From: Octopus sinensis
Lineage: Eukaryota
DNA length: 64,000 bases
Direction of reading: 5' to 3'
NCBI RefSeq assembly: GCF_006345805.1
Contig: NC_043014.1
Location: 15,128,001 to 15,192,000, forward strand
The notes below the pieces were generated by a model. That model ran no database searches and was not told the origin of the DNA. It saw only the letters and a list, made by a program, of their open reading frames with translations. Each line of letters begins with the position of its first letter. The first letter of the stretch is position 1. Below are positions 26,843 to 39,821 of the stretch, piece after piece. A program made the position numbers and the translations under genes.

Positions 26843-27404
26843 ATTATTTACATTATTTACATTTGACAGACCTGGGTTCGAAATTTCCCCATGACACCTG
26901 ATGAAGGCTGGAGGTTATATCAGCCAAAACGTTGTTTTAACAACAAACAAGATGAAGACAAATATCCGTCAAATGTAAATAATGTAAATAATGTAAATAA
27001 TGAGGCTATAGTAGAAGACACTTGCCCAAAGTGCCACGCAGTGGGACTGAACCCGGAACCATGTAGTTGGTAAGCAAGCTACATACCAAGGCCAGAACAA
27101 TGTGAGGAGGTACAAAGAAAACTACAAAAGAAAAAGAAAACAAAACAAGGTTGCAGTTTTACCTTGTATTTCTATATTACAGGTTGAAGACTCCCTTCTT
27201 CAGGACATTTGGATAAAGCAGCAGTTGGAAAAAGTTGTTGATCGCTTTTTCCAAATGTCCTGAAGAAGGGGTCTTCACCCCGTAATATAGAAATACAAGG
27301 TAAAACTGCAGCTTTGTTTTGTTTTCTCCTTTTGTAGTTTACTTTCTACCTTCTCACATTGTTCCAGCCTCACAACCATAATTCCTCATCTCTTAAATAT
27401 AGAA
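26843..27404 (+). mobile_element. PLE pLTR insert (same family as 21400-21552) with nested SINE fragment and hairpin; 13-bp TSD
   Basis: TSD CTTGACAATCTTC at 26830-26842 and 27405-27417. Inverted arm ATTATTTACATTATTTACATTTGAC vs GTCAAATGTAAATAATGTAAATAAT. HHR GACAC-CTGATGA-A-GGCTG..CAGCC-AAAA-CGTT at 26893-26935 (G12>A). Confidence 0.8.
27089..27370. mobile_element. 282-bp imperfect fold-back with HHR-like motif
   Basis: Arms AGGCCAGAACAATGTGAG...GGACATTTGGA / TCCAAATGTCC...CTCACATTGTTCCAGCCT. The right arm has CTGAAGA-A-GGGG tcttca CCCC-GTAA-TATA. Confidence 0.75.
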
Positions 27405-29029
27405 CTTGACAATCTTCTCAGGCACATCATATTGTGAAAAGTCTCGGTCACTTGTCATTCAAAGATCATGCTACTGGCAATGGCCAACAAAAACTTGTTT
27501 TATTACTCTGAAACCTCATCACCATTTATACCATTTTCTGGTTGCAACACACCCCTCCTCTCTTGTAAAATATGAATAGTTCTGTGTCTTCTCTACAGCA
27601 AAGTACCCTGTCCTGCTCTGGCCCTTTTCTTTCATATATTATCCCTTTCTGCTCCCTATTCTCTGAGTATAAAGCTTCAATTCTTCACCCAGGGTTTGTA
27701 GTCTTGCAAGCTGTATGGTAACCTCAATGGTGCTGATGGCATGTGAAAAAACAACCCAGTACATGGTGAATTGTAGTTGGCCATTAGGAAGGGAGCCATG
27801 GAGAAAAAATCCTTGGAGAATTGAACTCATGACTTTATGATCATGAACTGAATACACTAAACACTAAGCCATACATTTCACTTACACAGATACACACACA
27901 CACACACACACATTAATTTAGTGGTTTTAAAATTATGTATAGTACTATTTCATTCTTTTTAGGAATCTTCAGCATGATTTAACCTGCAAATTAGTAAATA
28001 AGATATATTACAATGAGAGACATTATATAATAATTAAAAGTGAAGTTTGTTAAAGGAAAAGCAACCTAAAGCTTTGGTGCTGGAATGGGAGTTGGGTCAA
28101 GAAAGGGAATAATGGCTAAGGAGATTAAGAATGGAGGAACAGAAGAATGGGAGAGAGCAAAAGATATAAGAAAAGGGACGTGGGGTACAGAATGAAGAAG
28201 GAGGAAAAAGGGAAGGAAGAGAAGAGGTGAAAATGGGGGGGAAAAGATGGAAAGAAGAGGAAAGGTAAAGAAAGGTGGTGTGGAGAAGAGAAGGTGGGTA
28301 GTGGGAGGAGAAGGTAGAGGAGAAGAAACAAAATAGAAAGAGAAGGAAGAGGAAAGTGATGTGTTAGTATTAGTGATGATGATGATGATGGCAGTGACGA
28401 TATTGGTAGGTCAGAAAATTTGAGAATAATTTGAGAGATTCTTAAAGAAAAAAAAAAACAATATTTTCATAAAGATGTCACTGACATTGCAGCCAAGAGG
28501 AGTGTGTGTGTGTGTGCATGAGTGTGTGCACATGTGTGTGCATATATGTATGTATGAGCATGTGTGCACTTGCATGTGTACATGTTGGTGAACATATGTG
28601 CATGCATGCGTGTTTGTATGTGTGTGTGTGCATGAGTGTGCATGTGTGTGCATATGTGTGTATGCATGTGCATGTCCATATATGTGCGTGTTTGCTCAAC
28701 ACATCTCCATATTAGTAAATGGGCCCCCATCAATTTCAATGAAGGGTATTTGATCACTCACACTACCCTGCCTAGTCTAAGTGGTTGAGTATTCCTAAGT
28801 AACATGTACCCTTAATATGATCAAGCAGAATCAATGGGCTCAACCTTTAAACTGCAGACACAATCCACCATTCAACAGGCTTCCATGCAATTTCTATAAT
28901 CTCATTTTCTATCACAACACTTGGGTCAAGTTAGAGCTAAGGTAAAGACACTTGCCCAAGTAGAATTGAACCTGAGATCTCATGGTTACAAAGCATTTTG
29001 CCATGTTGTGTCCATACATTTCATATACT

Positions 29030-29390
29030 GGTTTGAAATTTTGGCTCAAGGCCAGCAAATTCTGGAGGAGTGAGTATCTTGATTACATCAACCCCAGGGT
29101 TTAACTGGTACTTATTTTATTGGTCCTGAAAGGATGAAAGGCAATGTCCACCTTGAAAGAACACACAGAAAATATTGGCTTCAAATGTTGGCACAAGGCC
29201 ATCAACTTCAAGGTAGGAGTTAAGTCGATTACATCAACCCCAGTGCATATCTGGTATTTATTTTATCGACAGTGAAAAAATGAAAAGCAAAGTCGGCCTC
29301 ACTGGAATTTGAACTCAGAGCATAAAGATGGACAAAATGCTGCTAAGCATTTTGTCTGGTGTGCTACTGATTCTGCCAGCTCGCTGCCTT
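29030..29390 (-). mobile_element. Two family B SINE copies
   Basis: GGCACAAGGCC...TACATCAACCCCAG...GGAATTTGAACTCAG...CTGCCAGCTCGCTGCC. Confidence 0.8.
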
Positions 29391-31248
29391 TACATTTCCT
29401 TATATTAATAAAGACATGCTTGTACACACATACACATACACACATACATACTTTCCATTCAATTGTCATCATAGAAACAAAAACTCCTTTACCTGTGCTC
29501 CAGTAAATACATTCACCTGGTGGTGCATATTTGTGCATGATGAGCTATGATCAGAAACCAGATCCTAGGGGCCAATTGAGCAGACAAACCGAGAGGTCCT
29601 GGTCTGAGATTGTTTGTACTGGAATGGTTTCTGATCCTTTTCTCCGATGTATGTCGGGATAAGTGAACCCAGCACCTGAAAACTAACAGAACACTCAGCA
29701 ATTATTGTATATAGTACACACCTATGTACAGTGGAGATTTGCACATCCACATGGTACCTATTTGCATCAGAGTGGGGCAGAGTCAGTAAGAGTTAAGTGT
29801 ATGTGCACTGTTGTTGCAACATAACTCGAGGCCAGTGATGAGAATTGAATCATCAATTCTTTAATTGGTTTGTCTGATACTCTGTCAATTGATTCATCAC
29901 CAGTTCCACATTCTTCCTTTAAACACACACACACAAAATGTATATATGTGAGTATGTGTGTATGCATGTGTATATGTATGTATTTATATATGTAGGTATG
30001 CATATGTGTATGTGTATGTGTGTGTGTCTGTGTATATACATATGTATATATGCAAATATATTTACATATATATATATATATGCATGTATATATGGGTGTG
30101 TGTGTGTGTGCATGCATGTGCATATATGTGTGTATTATAGATGTATATATATGCATATATAAAAGTAAATGTATATATACATATATATGTATGTATGTAT
30201 ATATATGCATGTATATGTATGTATGTATATGTATGTATATGTATGTATATGTATGTATATGTATGTATGTATGATATATAATTGTGTATACATGTGTAAT
30301 ATGTATGTAAAACATATAAACACACGCACGCAAGCAACAGATATATTGATAACAGATAAGTACTTTCTCATAGAAAGAGCAAAAAATAAATAATTAAATA
30401 AATAAATAAAAGATTAAAAAAAAACAGTGTCAAACTTTTGAATTCAAGTTAATACAGTAAAGAAAGAAAATACAAAGTATATATATATACATATATATAT
30501 ATATAAAAAAGCATAATTTCATTTTAAAAATCAATGAATCCATCACTGCATTAGTTGTGTTATGAAAGATCAAAACATGTATGTTAACTGTGTATAACAG
30601 TTCTTTGTAAATGGTTTTCTTCCCTTCCAAAACAAAAGAAACAAAGGCAAAACAAACTCCGAAGCAAATTATCAATTTTCTGAGGTTTGGTTATGTTACC
30701 AGCCAGTGGCTATATTTACATATTGATTTATTTGTTATCGATACACAAGGCCACAAATTTCAAAAAGGGGGCAGGATGAGAAGGATAAGGATGAGGGGAA
30801 TATGGAGGAGGAAGAGGAGGAGGGATGATGTAGTATTTATGCCTTTTACAAGTATATTAGTTGTGTAAACAAAATGAAGTGGTGGGGGCAGCGGGGAAAG
30901 AATGAACTGAAATAAAAATGAAACATGGGCTTTGGTCAGTATTTGAAACTGGATCAGAGATGTAGATTCGACCTTCGTCAGCCCACCCAGCCACCGATAC
31001 ATCAATGAAAACAACATAAGTGAGCCAAGCATATTATCTTTCTTAACCTTTTTTACCACAGGTGAGGAACCATTCATCTTCTGGAAGAGCTAAGAACGGT
31101 TCTTCTGAAAGAATACCATGTTTGGGGGAAAATATATTTTTGTTTATTTAATTACATTTTATTTAAAGCATATCTTTTGTGATTGATTGTGAATAATATA
31201 AACTTCTGTATGTATTTCTTTATCTATGTTTGTAATTTCTTTGTTTAA

Positions 31249-32147
31249 CCCTTTTTGATACCAGTCTGCCCAAGACTGCCTTTGGTGCTAAGGTACAAAC
31301 TTTTTGTTTTAAAGTCATCACAATTTAAATTTTCCATTAAATTTTTATGTAAATTTATGTTCCAAGTATAATAACAAAGTTATTTTCCAGAATTTGTCAT
31401 TATTTTTCGAATTAACTGAAAACTAATGAAAATTGAAACTTAATGAAAATTAAAATTTCCCATTAAAATTTCAAGTTATTTTCCAGTATTGTCATTATTT
31501 TTCGAATTAATTGAAAACTAATGAAAATTGAAACTTAAGTGAAAATTTTAATTTCCCATTAAAATTTCATGTAATTTATGTTCCAAGTATAATAACAAAG
31601 TTATTTTCCAGAATTTGTCATTATTTTTCGAATTAACTGAAAACTAATGAAAATTGAAACTTAATGAAAATTAAAATTTCCCATTAAAATTTCATGTAAA
31701 TCTATGTTCCAAGTTATTTTCCAGTATTGTCATTATTTTTCGAATTAATTGAAAACTAATGAAAATTGAAACTTAAGTGAAAATTTAAATTTCCCATTAA
31801 AATTTCATGTAAATTTATGTTCCAAGAAGTTATTTTCCTGTATCTCCCTTATTTTTCAAATTAATTAAAAATAAATGAAAATTGAAAATTAATTGACAAT
31901 TAAAATTCCCTATCAAAACCTCATGTAAATATTATGTTCCAAACATACAAATGAAATTATTTTCCTGTATCATCATCAGTTTTCAAATTAATTGAAATTA
32001 ACAAAAATTGATGGAAAATTCAAATTTCTCATTAAAATTTCATGTAAACTTGTGTTCTAAACATTACAATCAAGTTATTTTATTGTATCTTTCAAATTAC
32101 TTGAAACACAAAGGCTCTAATTCAACAGGAATATAGTAACAAATGGG
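31249..32147 (+). mobile_element. TTAA-flanked piggyBac-like MITE carrying ~7 internal tandem units (96-127 bp)
   Basis: TTAA|CCCTTTTTGATACC ... TAGTAACAAATGGG|TTAA. Unit marker TTATTTT at 31380, 31476, 31601, 31714, 31830, 31957 and 32075. Confidence 0.75.
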
Positions 32148-32327
32148 TTAAAGAAATGGCAAATGTTATTAAAACAGGAAATTTTCTTAAAAAAAAATAA
32201 AAGTTATGATTGAGGTATTTGTTTTGAAATTCTGCTTTTTTCCTCCAGTTTGTTAGAACTTCAGTGAATAATAAATATTTTCTAAAATTATAGGTTTAGC
32301 AGTTTAATCATTTACCTGCCCAAAGTA

Positions 32328-32893
32328 TTGGGTTGTCCAGAAAGTTTGTGCCGATTTATAGTAGCTTACCTTTCGACTTATTTTAGAACATGGTTGAGTC
32401 CATAAAATAGGATTTGACTACACCTGTATTTAGAGCACAGTTTAAGCTATCTTTTTGTGGAAGAAGGTTTATGTTCTTATAACCTGTGTTAATTCTGTAA
32501 CCCTTTACAATGGAAGATAAGAAAGTTCATTTTCGGCACTTGATGCTTTGGGAACCAGACAAAAATTGCTGCAGCTTGGCTGGGATCTGTTACCCCACCC
32601 TCCATATTCAACAGATATTGCTCCTTCGGATTTCCTCTTATTCAGGTCTCTGCAGAATAGTGTTAATGGTAAAAATTTCAATTCCTTGGATGACATAAAA
32701 AGATACGTTGATGAATTCTTTGCCACGAAACCACCTCAATTCTGGGAAGAGGGTATTTTCAAGTTAAAGGAAAGATGAAGATGCATTGTGCAACAAAATG
32801 GTTCATATTTGGTTGATTAAAAATGTAATGGCAAGTATTTATTGACCTTTTTCTTTCCTTTAAAAATCGGCATGAACTTTCCGGACAGCCCAA
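32328..32893 (+). mobile_element. Internally deleted mariner (Tc1/mariner) element
   Basis: TA TSDs; TIRs TTGGGTTGTCCAGAAAGTTTGTGCCGATTT / AAATCGGCATGAACTTTCCGGACAGCCCAA. N-terminus MEDKKVHFRHLML is fused to C-terminus TRQKLLQLGWDLLPHPPYSTDIAPSDFLLFRSLQN...FWEEGIFKLKER (YSPDLAPSD-type motif). Confidence 0.95.
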
Positions 32894-33174
32894 TATTTTC
32901 ATAAGTTTATCCTAAGTGTCCATGTTTGTTTTGTTTCATATGTTCTGAGTAATATAAAGCTTTGCTTTCATAAGACCCAATTTACTCGAGTGGTTGATAA
33001 AAAACTGGAAAAGTGTATCAAGCATGGACACCAAGAAAATATACACCCTGTGTAACACATGTGGTATAGAAGACAGATAAAGGGTTAAAATTGCTTTGGA
33101 ATGCAGTGTTATCAGATGGCAGTTAATTATCAGTGCAGCTTTCCAACACAAAAAATGGTTTTGCTGTTGGTTAA

Positions 33175-33776
33175 CCCTGTAGCATTCAAATTAAGAAGCT
33201 CACTTTGCAACCAAGAGGTTTTGGGTTCAGTCCTACTGCATGGCACTTTGGGCAAGTGTCTTCTACTATAGCCTCAAGCTGACCAATACTTTAGCAAGAA
33301 GGAAGCTGTGAGGATGCTTGTGTGTGTGTATTTGTGTGTGTGTGTTTGTGTGTGTATTTGTGTGTGTGTGTTTGTGTGTGTATTTATGCTGTGTTTGTAC
33401 CCTACTACTTATTATTTGACAACTGGAGTTGGTTCATTTACATCCTTAACAGTTTCAGAAAAAGAGACTGATAGAATAAGTCCCAGACTTCAAAATTGAC
33501 AATAAGCAGCAGGGTCACTGCAATAGCTGGGAAGGTAACCTTGCGATGGACCAGCATTCTGTCAAATGTGACGCTTATTTATTCATTTATTATTTTGCAT
33601 TAATAATAATGCTTATTATTTGCATTAATCATGGCTTATCTTATAGCTGTGAGATTTCAATAATGTGATTGTTTAATTTTAGAATGACATTATAGGGTAG
33701 GTGTGAAAAGCCAGATGTGGCCAGTTTGGACATACAACAGATAAAGCCAAATCTGGCCGGTTTAAATGCTAAAGGG
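33175..33776. mobile_element. TTAA-type MITE family 2 containing a ~370-bp inserted copy of 36742-37104
   Basis: TTAA|CCCTGTAGCATTC ... AATGCTAAAGGG|TTAA. Confidence 0.8.
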
Positions 33777-34329
33777 TTAATAAAAGTATTTCAGTATCTT
33801 ATACATTTGTTCTCCCCACCCCACCCCACCCCTTTCTGAATCTGAGGGATCCATTGAGGGATAAAGGTATTCATATGATTTTAACAAAATAAAAGCAAAA
33901 ATATTTCTTTAAAAAACACATTTACGGTAACAAACCTTTTACTGGTACATTGAAGTTTAACATTTCAAAAGAACTGATATCAAAGACAGGAGGGAATAAC
34001 TGAGGGAGACGGGTGGGTGCAAATACCCAGAATCACTTGTTGCATAAAAAATAAATTGTCAAGTTGAGGTTCATGCAGATGATATAGTGAGGTAAGAAAA
34101 CTTAATTAATTAAGTAGTAATTAGATAAAATTTCCTTTCTCATTACAACACTTACATTAGCACTAATTATACTGTTTATGTCAAAGGTACATAGAAACAT
34201 TATCTTTTCTAATATCATATTGTCCCAAACAAGGACAATGTAATGTAAAGAACTACAAAGAAGAAAAAGAAGGGGGCTACAAATTCAAAAGATGGATGGA
34301 AAACTCAAAGGAGTGAATCTCATAGAACA

Positions 34330-34625
34330 GGGAAAGACAAGATGATGATGGTAAGTTCCAGAAAAGCAGCAGTTTGAGGAAAGAAGCTGTTAGAATAAAA
34401 AGGACAGAATAGAGAGAACGGTTGCATCTGGCAGAGAAGTGGGCAGCTTGTTTAAAGATCTTTATGGAGGGTACTGGACAAGAAAGTTCATTGGAACAAT
34501 GACCATGGGACTATAGAAAGGACCAGAATGAAGATAAATTTTGATGATGTGTTAAAGACTCCAGCCTAGTTGAAGGAGCGGGACTCACCATATTAACAAC
34601 TTGATTGGGAATTTGATCACTGTTA
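34330..34625 (-). pseudogene. CR1/Jockey-group LINE 3' ORF remnant
   Basis: Minus strand reads DQIPNQVVNMV...LESLTHHQNLSSFWSFL*SHGHCSNEL...SNSFFPQTAAF, resembling the HRRNVASL...HGHCSSEL...SFFPRT C-terminus. Confidence 0.55.
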
Positions 34626-34703
34626 AAGGAAAAACTAATTCCTCAGATTGGCACATGGCAAAAAATAACATATGAGATGGTCATGGTGATACTGTTATGT
34701 ATG

Positions 34704-34923
34704 GAAGGCGGCAAGCTGGCAGAAACGTTAGCATGCCGGGCGAAATGTGTAGCTGTATTTCGTCTGCCGCTACATTCTGAGTTCAAATTCCGCTGAGGTC
34801 AACTTTGCCTTTCATCCTTTCGGGGTTGATAAATTAAGTACCAGTTATGCACTGGGGTCGATGTAATTGACTTAATCCCTTTGTCCTCTCTGTGTTTAGC
34901 CCCTTGTGGGTAATAAAGAAACA
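34704..34923 (+). mobile_element. SINE family B, full length with 16-bp TSD
   Basis: TSD GATACTGTTATGTATG at 34688-34703 and 34924-34939. Body GGCGGCAAGCTGGCAGAA...GAGTTCAAATTCC...GCCTTTCATCCTTTCGGGG. Confidence 0.9.
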
Positions 34924-36487
34924 GATACTGTTATGTATGTGTGAGGGAGTGTATGGTGGTGGGTTGGTGGATGACACCTGGTGTCTGATAATATCTGGTG
35001 TTTGGGAACATTTTCAGTTGTAAATCAGAGATTGCTCATCGATTGCCAACCTGGTTTTCCTTTTGATTTTGTGGTTTTCATTTTAGTCTGAAGGTAGAAG
35101 CTGTCCATAGACATATACAGAACCTCTGACACAAGTGAGACTTTTATAATTGATGCCCTTCTTTTGGAATAATGGTAAAATGGGGATTACAGGGAGTACA
35201 TGTGGATAGGGAGGAAATTTCAGAGTGATAACGCCAACATGGCTGTATGGTTGAGAAGCCTGCTTCCTAGACAATAGTTTTAGGTTCAGTTCCACTGTGT
35301 GGCACTTTTGGCAAATATCTTTTACAAAAACTCTGAGCCAACAAAAGCCTTAAGGGTAAGCTTCTATTCACTTTCTGTCTACCAATTTCTACCAACATAA
35401 TGCCTTGAGAAAATTCCTCTATATCTCTGAGAAGACACGTTTCACAAGGCACCATGCAGTTTGAATGAACTTAGAATTATATAGTTTCAAAGTGATCTGT
35501 TTCTGTTAATGTTGTTGGGGGTATTAATTATGTTAATATTTGTGGTGATGAAGGTAGTGAGCTGGCAGAATTGTTAGCACACTGAACGCAATGCTTTGTG
35601 GTATTTGGTTCATCTTTACATTCAGAGTTCAAATTCCACTGAGGATGAGTTTGCTTTTTCATGCTTTTGAAGCTGATAAAACAAGTAACATTCAAGCACT
35701 GGGGTCAATGTAATTCACTAGCCCCTCCCGTCAAAATTTCAAGCTTTGTGCCTATAGTAGAAACGATCTATGTGGTGGTGTTGATAGCAATGTTAGTGAT
35801 GTTTAACCACAGGTCAATACTTACCTAAGAGATCTATGATCAAATACATCCCTATCTTTTTGTTTTTATGGAGTTTTGTTTTTTATCTATATGTAAAGAA
35901 TGTAGAACTATTTCTTTACTACCCACACCGGGCTAAACACAGAGAGGACAAACAAGGACAGACAAACAGATTAAGTCGATTATATCAACCCCAGTGTGTG
36001 ACTGGTACTTAATTTATTGACCCCGAAAGGATGCAAGGCAAAGTCAACCTCGGCGGAATTTGAACTCAGAACGCAGCGGCAGACGAAATACCTCAAAGCA
36101 TTTCACCCGGCGTGCTAACCATTCTGCCAGCTCACCAATGCTGGTTGTCAAGCGGAGGCAGGGTACAAACACAGCATAAACACTAAAACACACACACAGA
36201 CAATAGGGTCCAATTTGAGGGGGATTTAACTGTTATTTCTTGCAGCTTGAGTAACCACCAGATTTATAATAATCTTTGGTATAAAGGTATTTAGAGTGTA
36301 AGCTAAATGACATAGCTATTAACTGGAATCAAAGAAAATCTGAGACACAGATTCGCCCTTGCCAGGAATTTAACCAGAATTTGCCGACATTAAAGAGAAG
36401 CAAAGTAAGTTACATCAAAAGGGAATGTCACGATTTATCTAAAGTGTTGATGTCCTTAAAAAGATTACATGAATGGCAGTATGTTAA

Positions 36488-36709
36488 CTATTTAGCATTC
36501 AGATTACTCTGTCAAATGTAAAACATATTTACTCACATCGCTTTGAATTAATCTTGCATTTATCTTGTAGTTTTAGTGTTTTGAAGATGTGATTGTTAAT
36601 GTTTTAGAATGGCATTGTAGGGTAGGTGTGAAAGGCCAGATCTGGCAGGTTTGAACACAAAACAGGTTGAATATTTGGGCTGGTTATGATCAGTTTAAAT
36701 GCTAAAGGG
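36488..36709. mobile_element. TTAA-type MITE family 2
   Basis: TTAA|CTATTTAGCATTCAGA ... AATGCTAAAGGG. Confidence 0.75.
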
Positions 36710-37699
36710 TACAATGTTAAAGTGCAGGCATGGCTGTGTGGTTAAGAAGCTCACTTTGTAACCAAGAGGTTTCGGGTTCAGTCCTACTGCATGGCACTTT
36801 GGGCAAGTGTCTTCTTCTATAGCCTCAATTTGACCAATACCTTGTGAGTAAATCAGGAAGAAAGAAGCTGTGAGGATGCTTGTGTGTGTGTGTATTTGTG
36901 TGTGTGTGCGTGTGTGTTTATGCTGTGTTTGTACCCTACTACTTAACTATTTGACAACAGGTGTTGGTTCATTTACATCCTTCTAACTTAACAGTTTCAC
37001 AAAAAGAGACTGATAGAATAAGTCCCAGCCTTCAAAATTGACAATAAGCAGCAGGGTCACTGCAGTAGCTGGGAAGTTAACCTTGCGATGGACCAGCATT
37101 CTGTTCAGGGGTAAGTGTTATAATCTCAGTCACTTATAAGCCATGAAAGCCAGGTTAAACTTTCACCTTGAGTCTTAGGTCTCATGAGAAATCTGAGCTA
37201 AGCTACAATACTATAATTATGGATTTATTATTAGTAGATTACTTCCCTCTATGGTACTCTCTTGGTTTGAAGGTAACTAACTCTTATGGGCTTTTTTTTT
37301 TGTCTTTCACTGGTTTCAGTCATCGGATAGCTGCCATCTTGAGGAAGAGGGGTGTGCAACCTTCACAAGGTAAAAGTGGTGCTCCAGCATGGCCACTGTC
37401 AAATGTACTTTAGAGCTTATCTTACCGAAACTAGAGTTGGATCAAAGGAAAGTCATCCTGTCATAAAAGGAGGCAATTAAAGAAATCACAGTACCACAAG
37501 GTTCGTTTGTTTGAGGACCCGATTTTGCTGCCCCATGCCAACACACACACACCACACACACACACACTCAGAAATACACACATGCACAGATGTTAACATT
37601 TTGTTTTTAATAAAACATTAACACTCAAACCAAGTACACTTGCATTGTAATTCTACATGACCTGACTCATCTATAAGTATCTCTATAAATCTTTCTATC

Positions 37700-37935
37700 A
37701 AGCTATGTCGGCTCATAAGAGCTGATCTCCAGGTTTCCATGGCGTATAAATACCCCACCTGGATGAGACACCAGTCCATCGCAGGATTACTCATTTTTGC
37801 TGGCTGAGTGGACTGGAGCAATGTGAAATGAAGTGTTTTGCTCAAGAACACAATGCATTGCCCAGTCCAGAAATTGAAACCACAATCATGCAATCATGAA
37901 TCCAACACCCTAACCACTAAGCTATGTGCCTCCAT
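37700..37935 (-). mobile_element. tRNA-derived SINE family C
   Basis: Minus head TAGCTTAGTGGTTAGGGTG...GGTTTCAATTTCTGGAC, then TTCTTGAGCAAAACACTTCA and CCTGCGATGGACTGG. Related copies at 51230-51455 and 58070-58290. Confidence 0.8.
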
Positions 37936-39821
37936 GTTAATCATAGCCTCCACACTCCTGTGATTATACAGGCACAGTGTACCTTTCTGTTGGTACCTGC
38001 ATACAGCTAAGTAGACTGGGTCATAGTGAGTTGAGTGTCTTCACACGTGATAAGAAACAATACACTGACCATTTCCCTGTTAACTAACTTTTTCTACCTT
38101 GACCAGCGAAACACCTGTGACCATGCAAATTGATGATTTTTGACCTGTAAGACAATACCTTACTGCCCTGGCCAGTGACAAAATGCATATATTTGAACTT
38201 TTGGCTGATAAATCAACATCCTACAGTCTTCAGAGTAAGCTGGAAGAATCGTTAGCACTTTGGACGAAATGCTTAACAGCACTTTACATTCAAAGTTCAA
38301 ATGGTTTATGTTCCCTGTCAAGAATATGTCTTCTAGCTCTACACTTTCAAAGATATGTAGCTACAAACTCGTACACACACACAGACATATATACAACAGG
38401 CTTCCATACAGTTTTCATCTACCAATTTCACTCACAGGGCATTTGTCAGTCCATGGCTATAGTCAAACACACTTACACAAGGTTCCATGCAATGAAGTTG
38501 AACTTGAAACCATATGATTGTAAAGCAACCTTCTCGCTTGCATAGCATTAGGAAGGGCATCCAGCCATAGGAACCATGCCAAATTAGACTACAGTCTGTA
38601 GCAGTTTCCTAGTTTGCCAGCTCTGGCCAAATTGTCCAACCCATGCCAGCATGGAGAACGGACATTAAATGATGAAGATGATGATGAATAGTCATGTCTG
38701 CAACTATATGCGAAAGTAAACTAATGATTTCTAACATAGTCACAAGATTACAAATATTGTAGGAGACGTTTGCCCCACAGAAACAGCCAGTTCTATCTCT
38801 GCAAGTATAGGGCATTTGATAGAATGGACAGCATGATACAGATGACAGGTTTTTGCCCATAAGGCATATTCTCCCGTCTCCATGTCACTGATGGATTCAA
38901 AGAAACAGCCAAACCATTACAAGTTGGCACCAGCATTGTTGCAGGAATTATCAGAATGAGGTTGTAAACAATGTCAAACTGCCTCAGGAACTCTGACTTC
39001 TGATTTTTCCTTGAGGTTTATTCCTGAAACCTTTCCCGTGACAGGGTATGGCTGCAAGACATTGGAAGTTCAGGATTTCCTTCCCCTAGTGGTTTTCCCC
39101 CATCCCCAGCTAATGACCTTCATCTACCCAACTGACTCGCTAATTATCCCATTGGTTTGATTCTGACAGGTGCTATTGTTCCAGGTGAGCATAGAGCTGG
39201 GAACAACAGTGGCTAAGAGGTGATTCCACGCTCCTCAAAATCCTGGAACTCCTGAACCAAGTTCCTACAAATAAATGCAGCTTAAAGTCATACCAAATAG
39301 CAATTTCACTCACAGGGCATTCGTCAGTCCAGGCTATAGTCAAACACACTTACATAAGGTTCCATGCAATGGAACTGAACTCGAAACCATATGATTGTAA
39401 AGCAACCTTCTCACCCACGTAGCATTAGGAAGGGCATCCAGCCATAAAAACCATGCCAAATAAGACTGGAGTCAGTAGCAGCTTCCTAGTTTGCCAGCTC
39501 TGGTCAAATTGTCCAACCCATGCCAGCATTGATCAAGGAAGGCATGAATGATAAAGTTGACTCTACTCAAATTTGAACTCAGAATTTAAATGGATGGTGC
39601 TAAATATGGCAGCACTGAGTTAGTGATTCTACTATACACCACCCTTATGTGAAGTGGAAACAGGGAATTATTAAATAGGAACAAACCTTAAGGGATGATG
39701 TAGTTAATTAAATTAAGACCGGTACAGACTTGGTACTGATTTTATTGATCCTGGAAGAATAAAAAAAAGTTTACTATTGAAAGATCTGAACTCATATCAT
39801 AAAAATATGTCAGTGTATAAC

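Noticed and set aside
31030-31150. Strong-looking plus-strand splice acceptor TTTTTTACCACAG|G
   Set aside because: Downstream frames are short and unrecognisable, and no partner exon was found.
39010-39140. Segment resembling an RTE 5' region (minus), where HDV-like ribozymes can occur
   Set aside because: Too degenerate; I could not build the nested double pseudoknot by eye.
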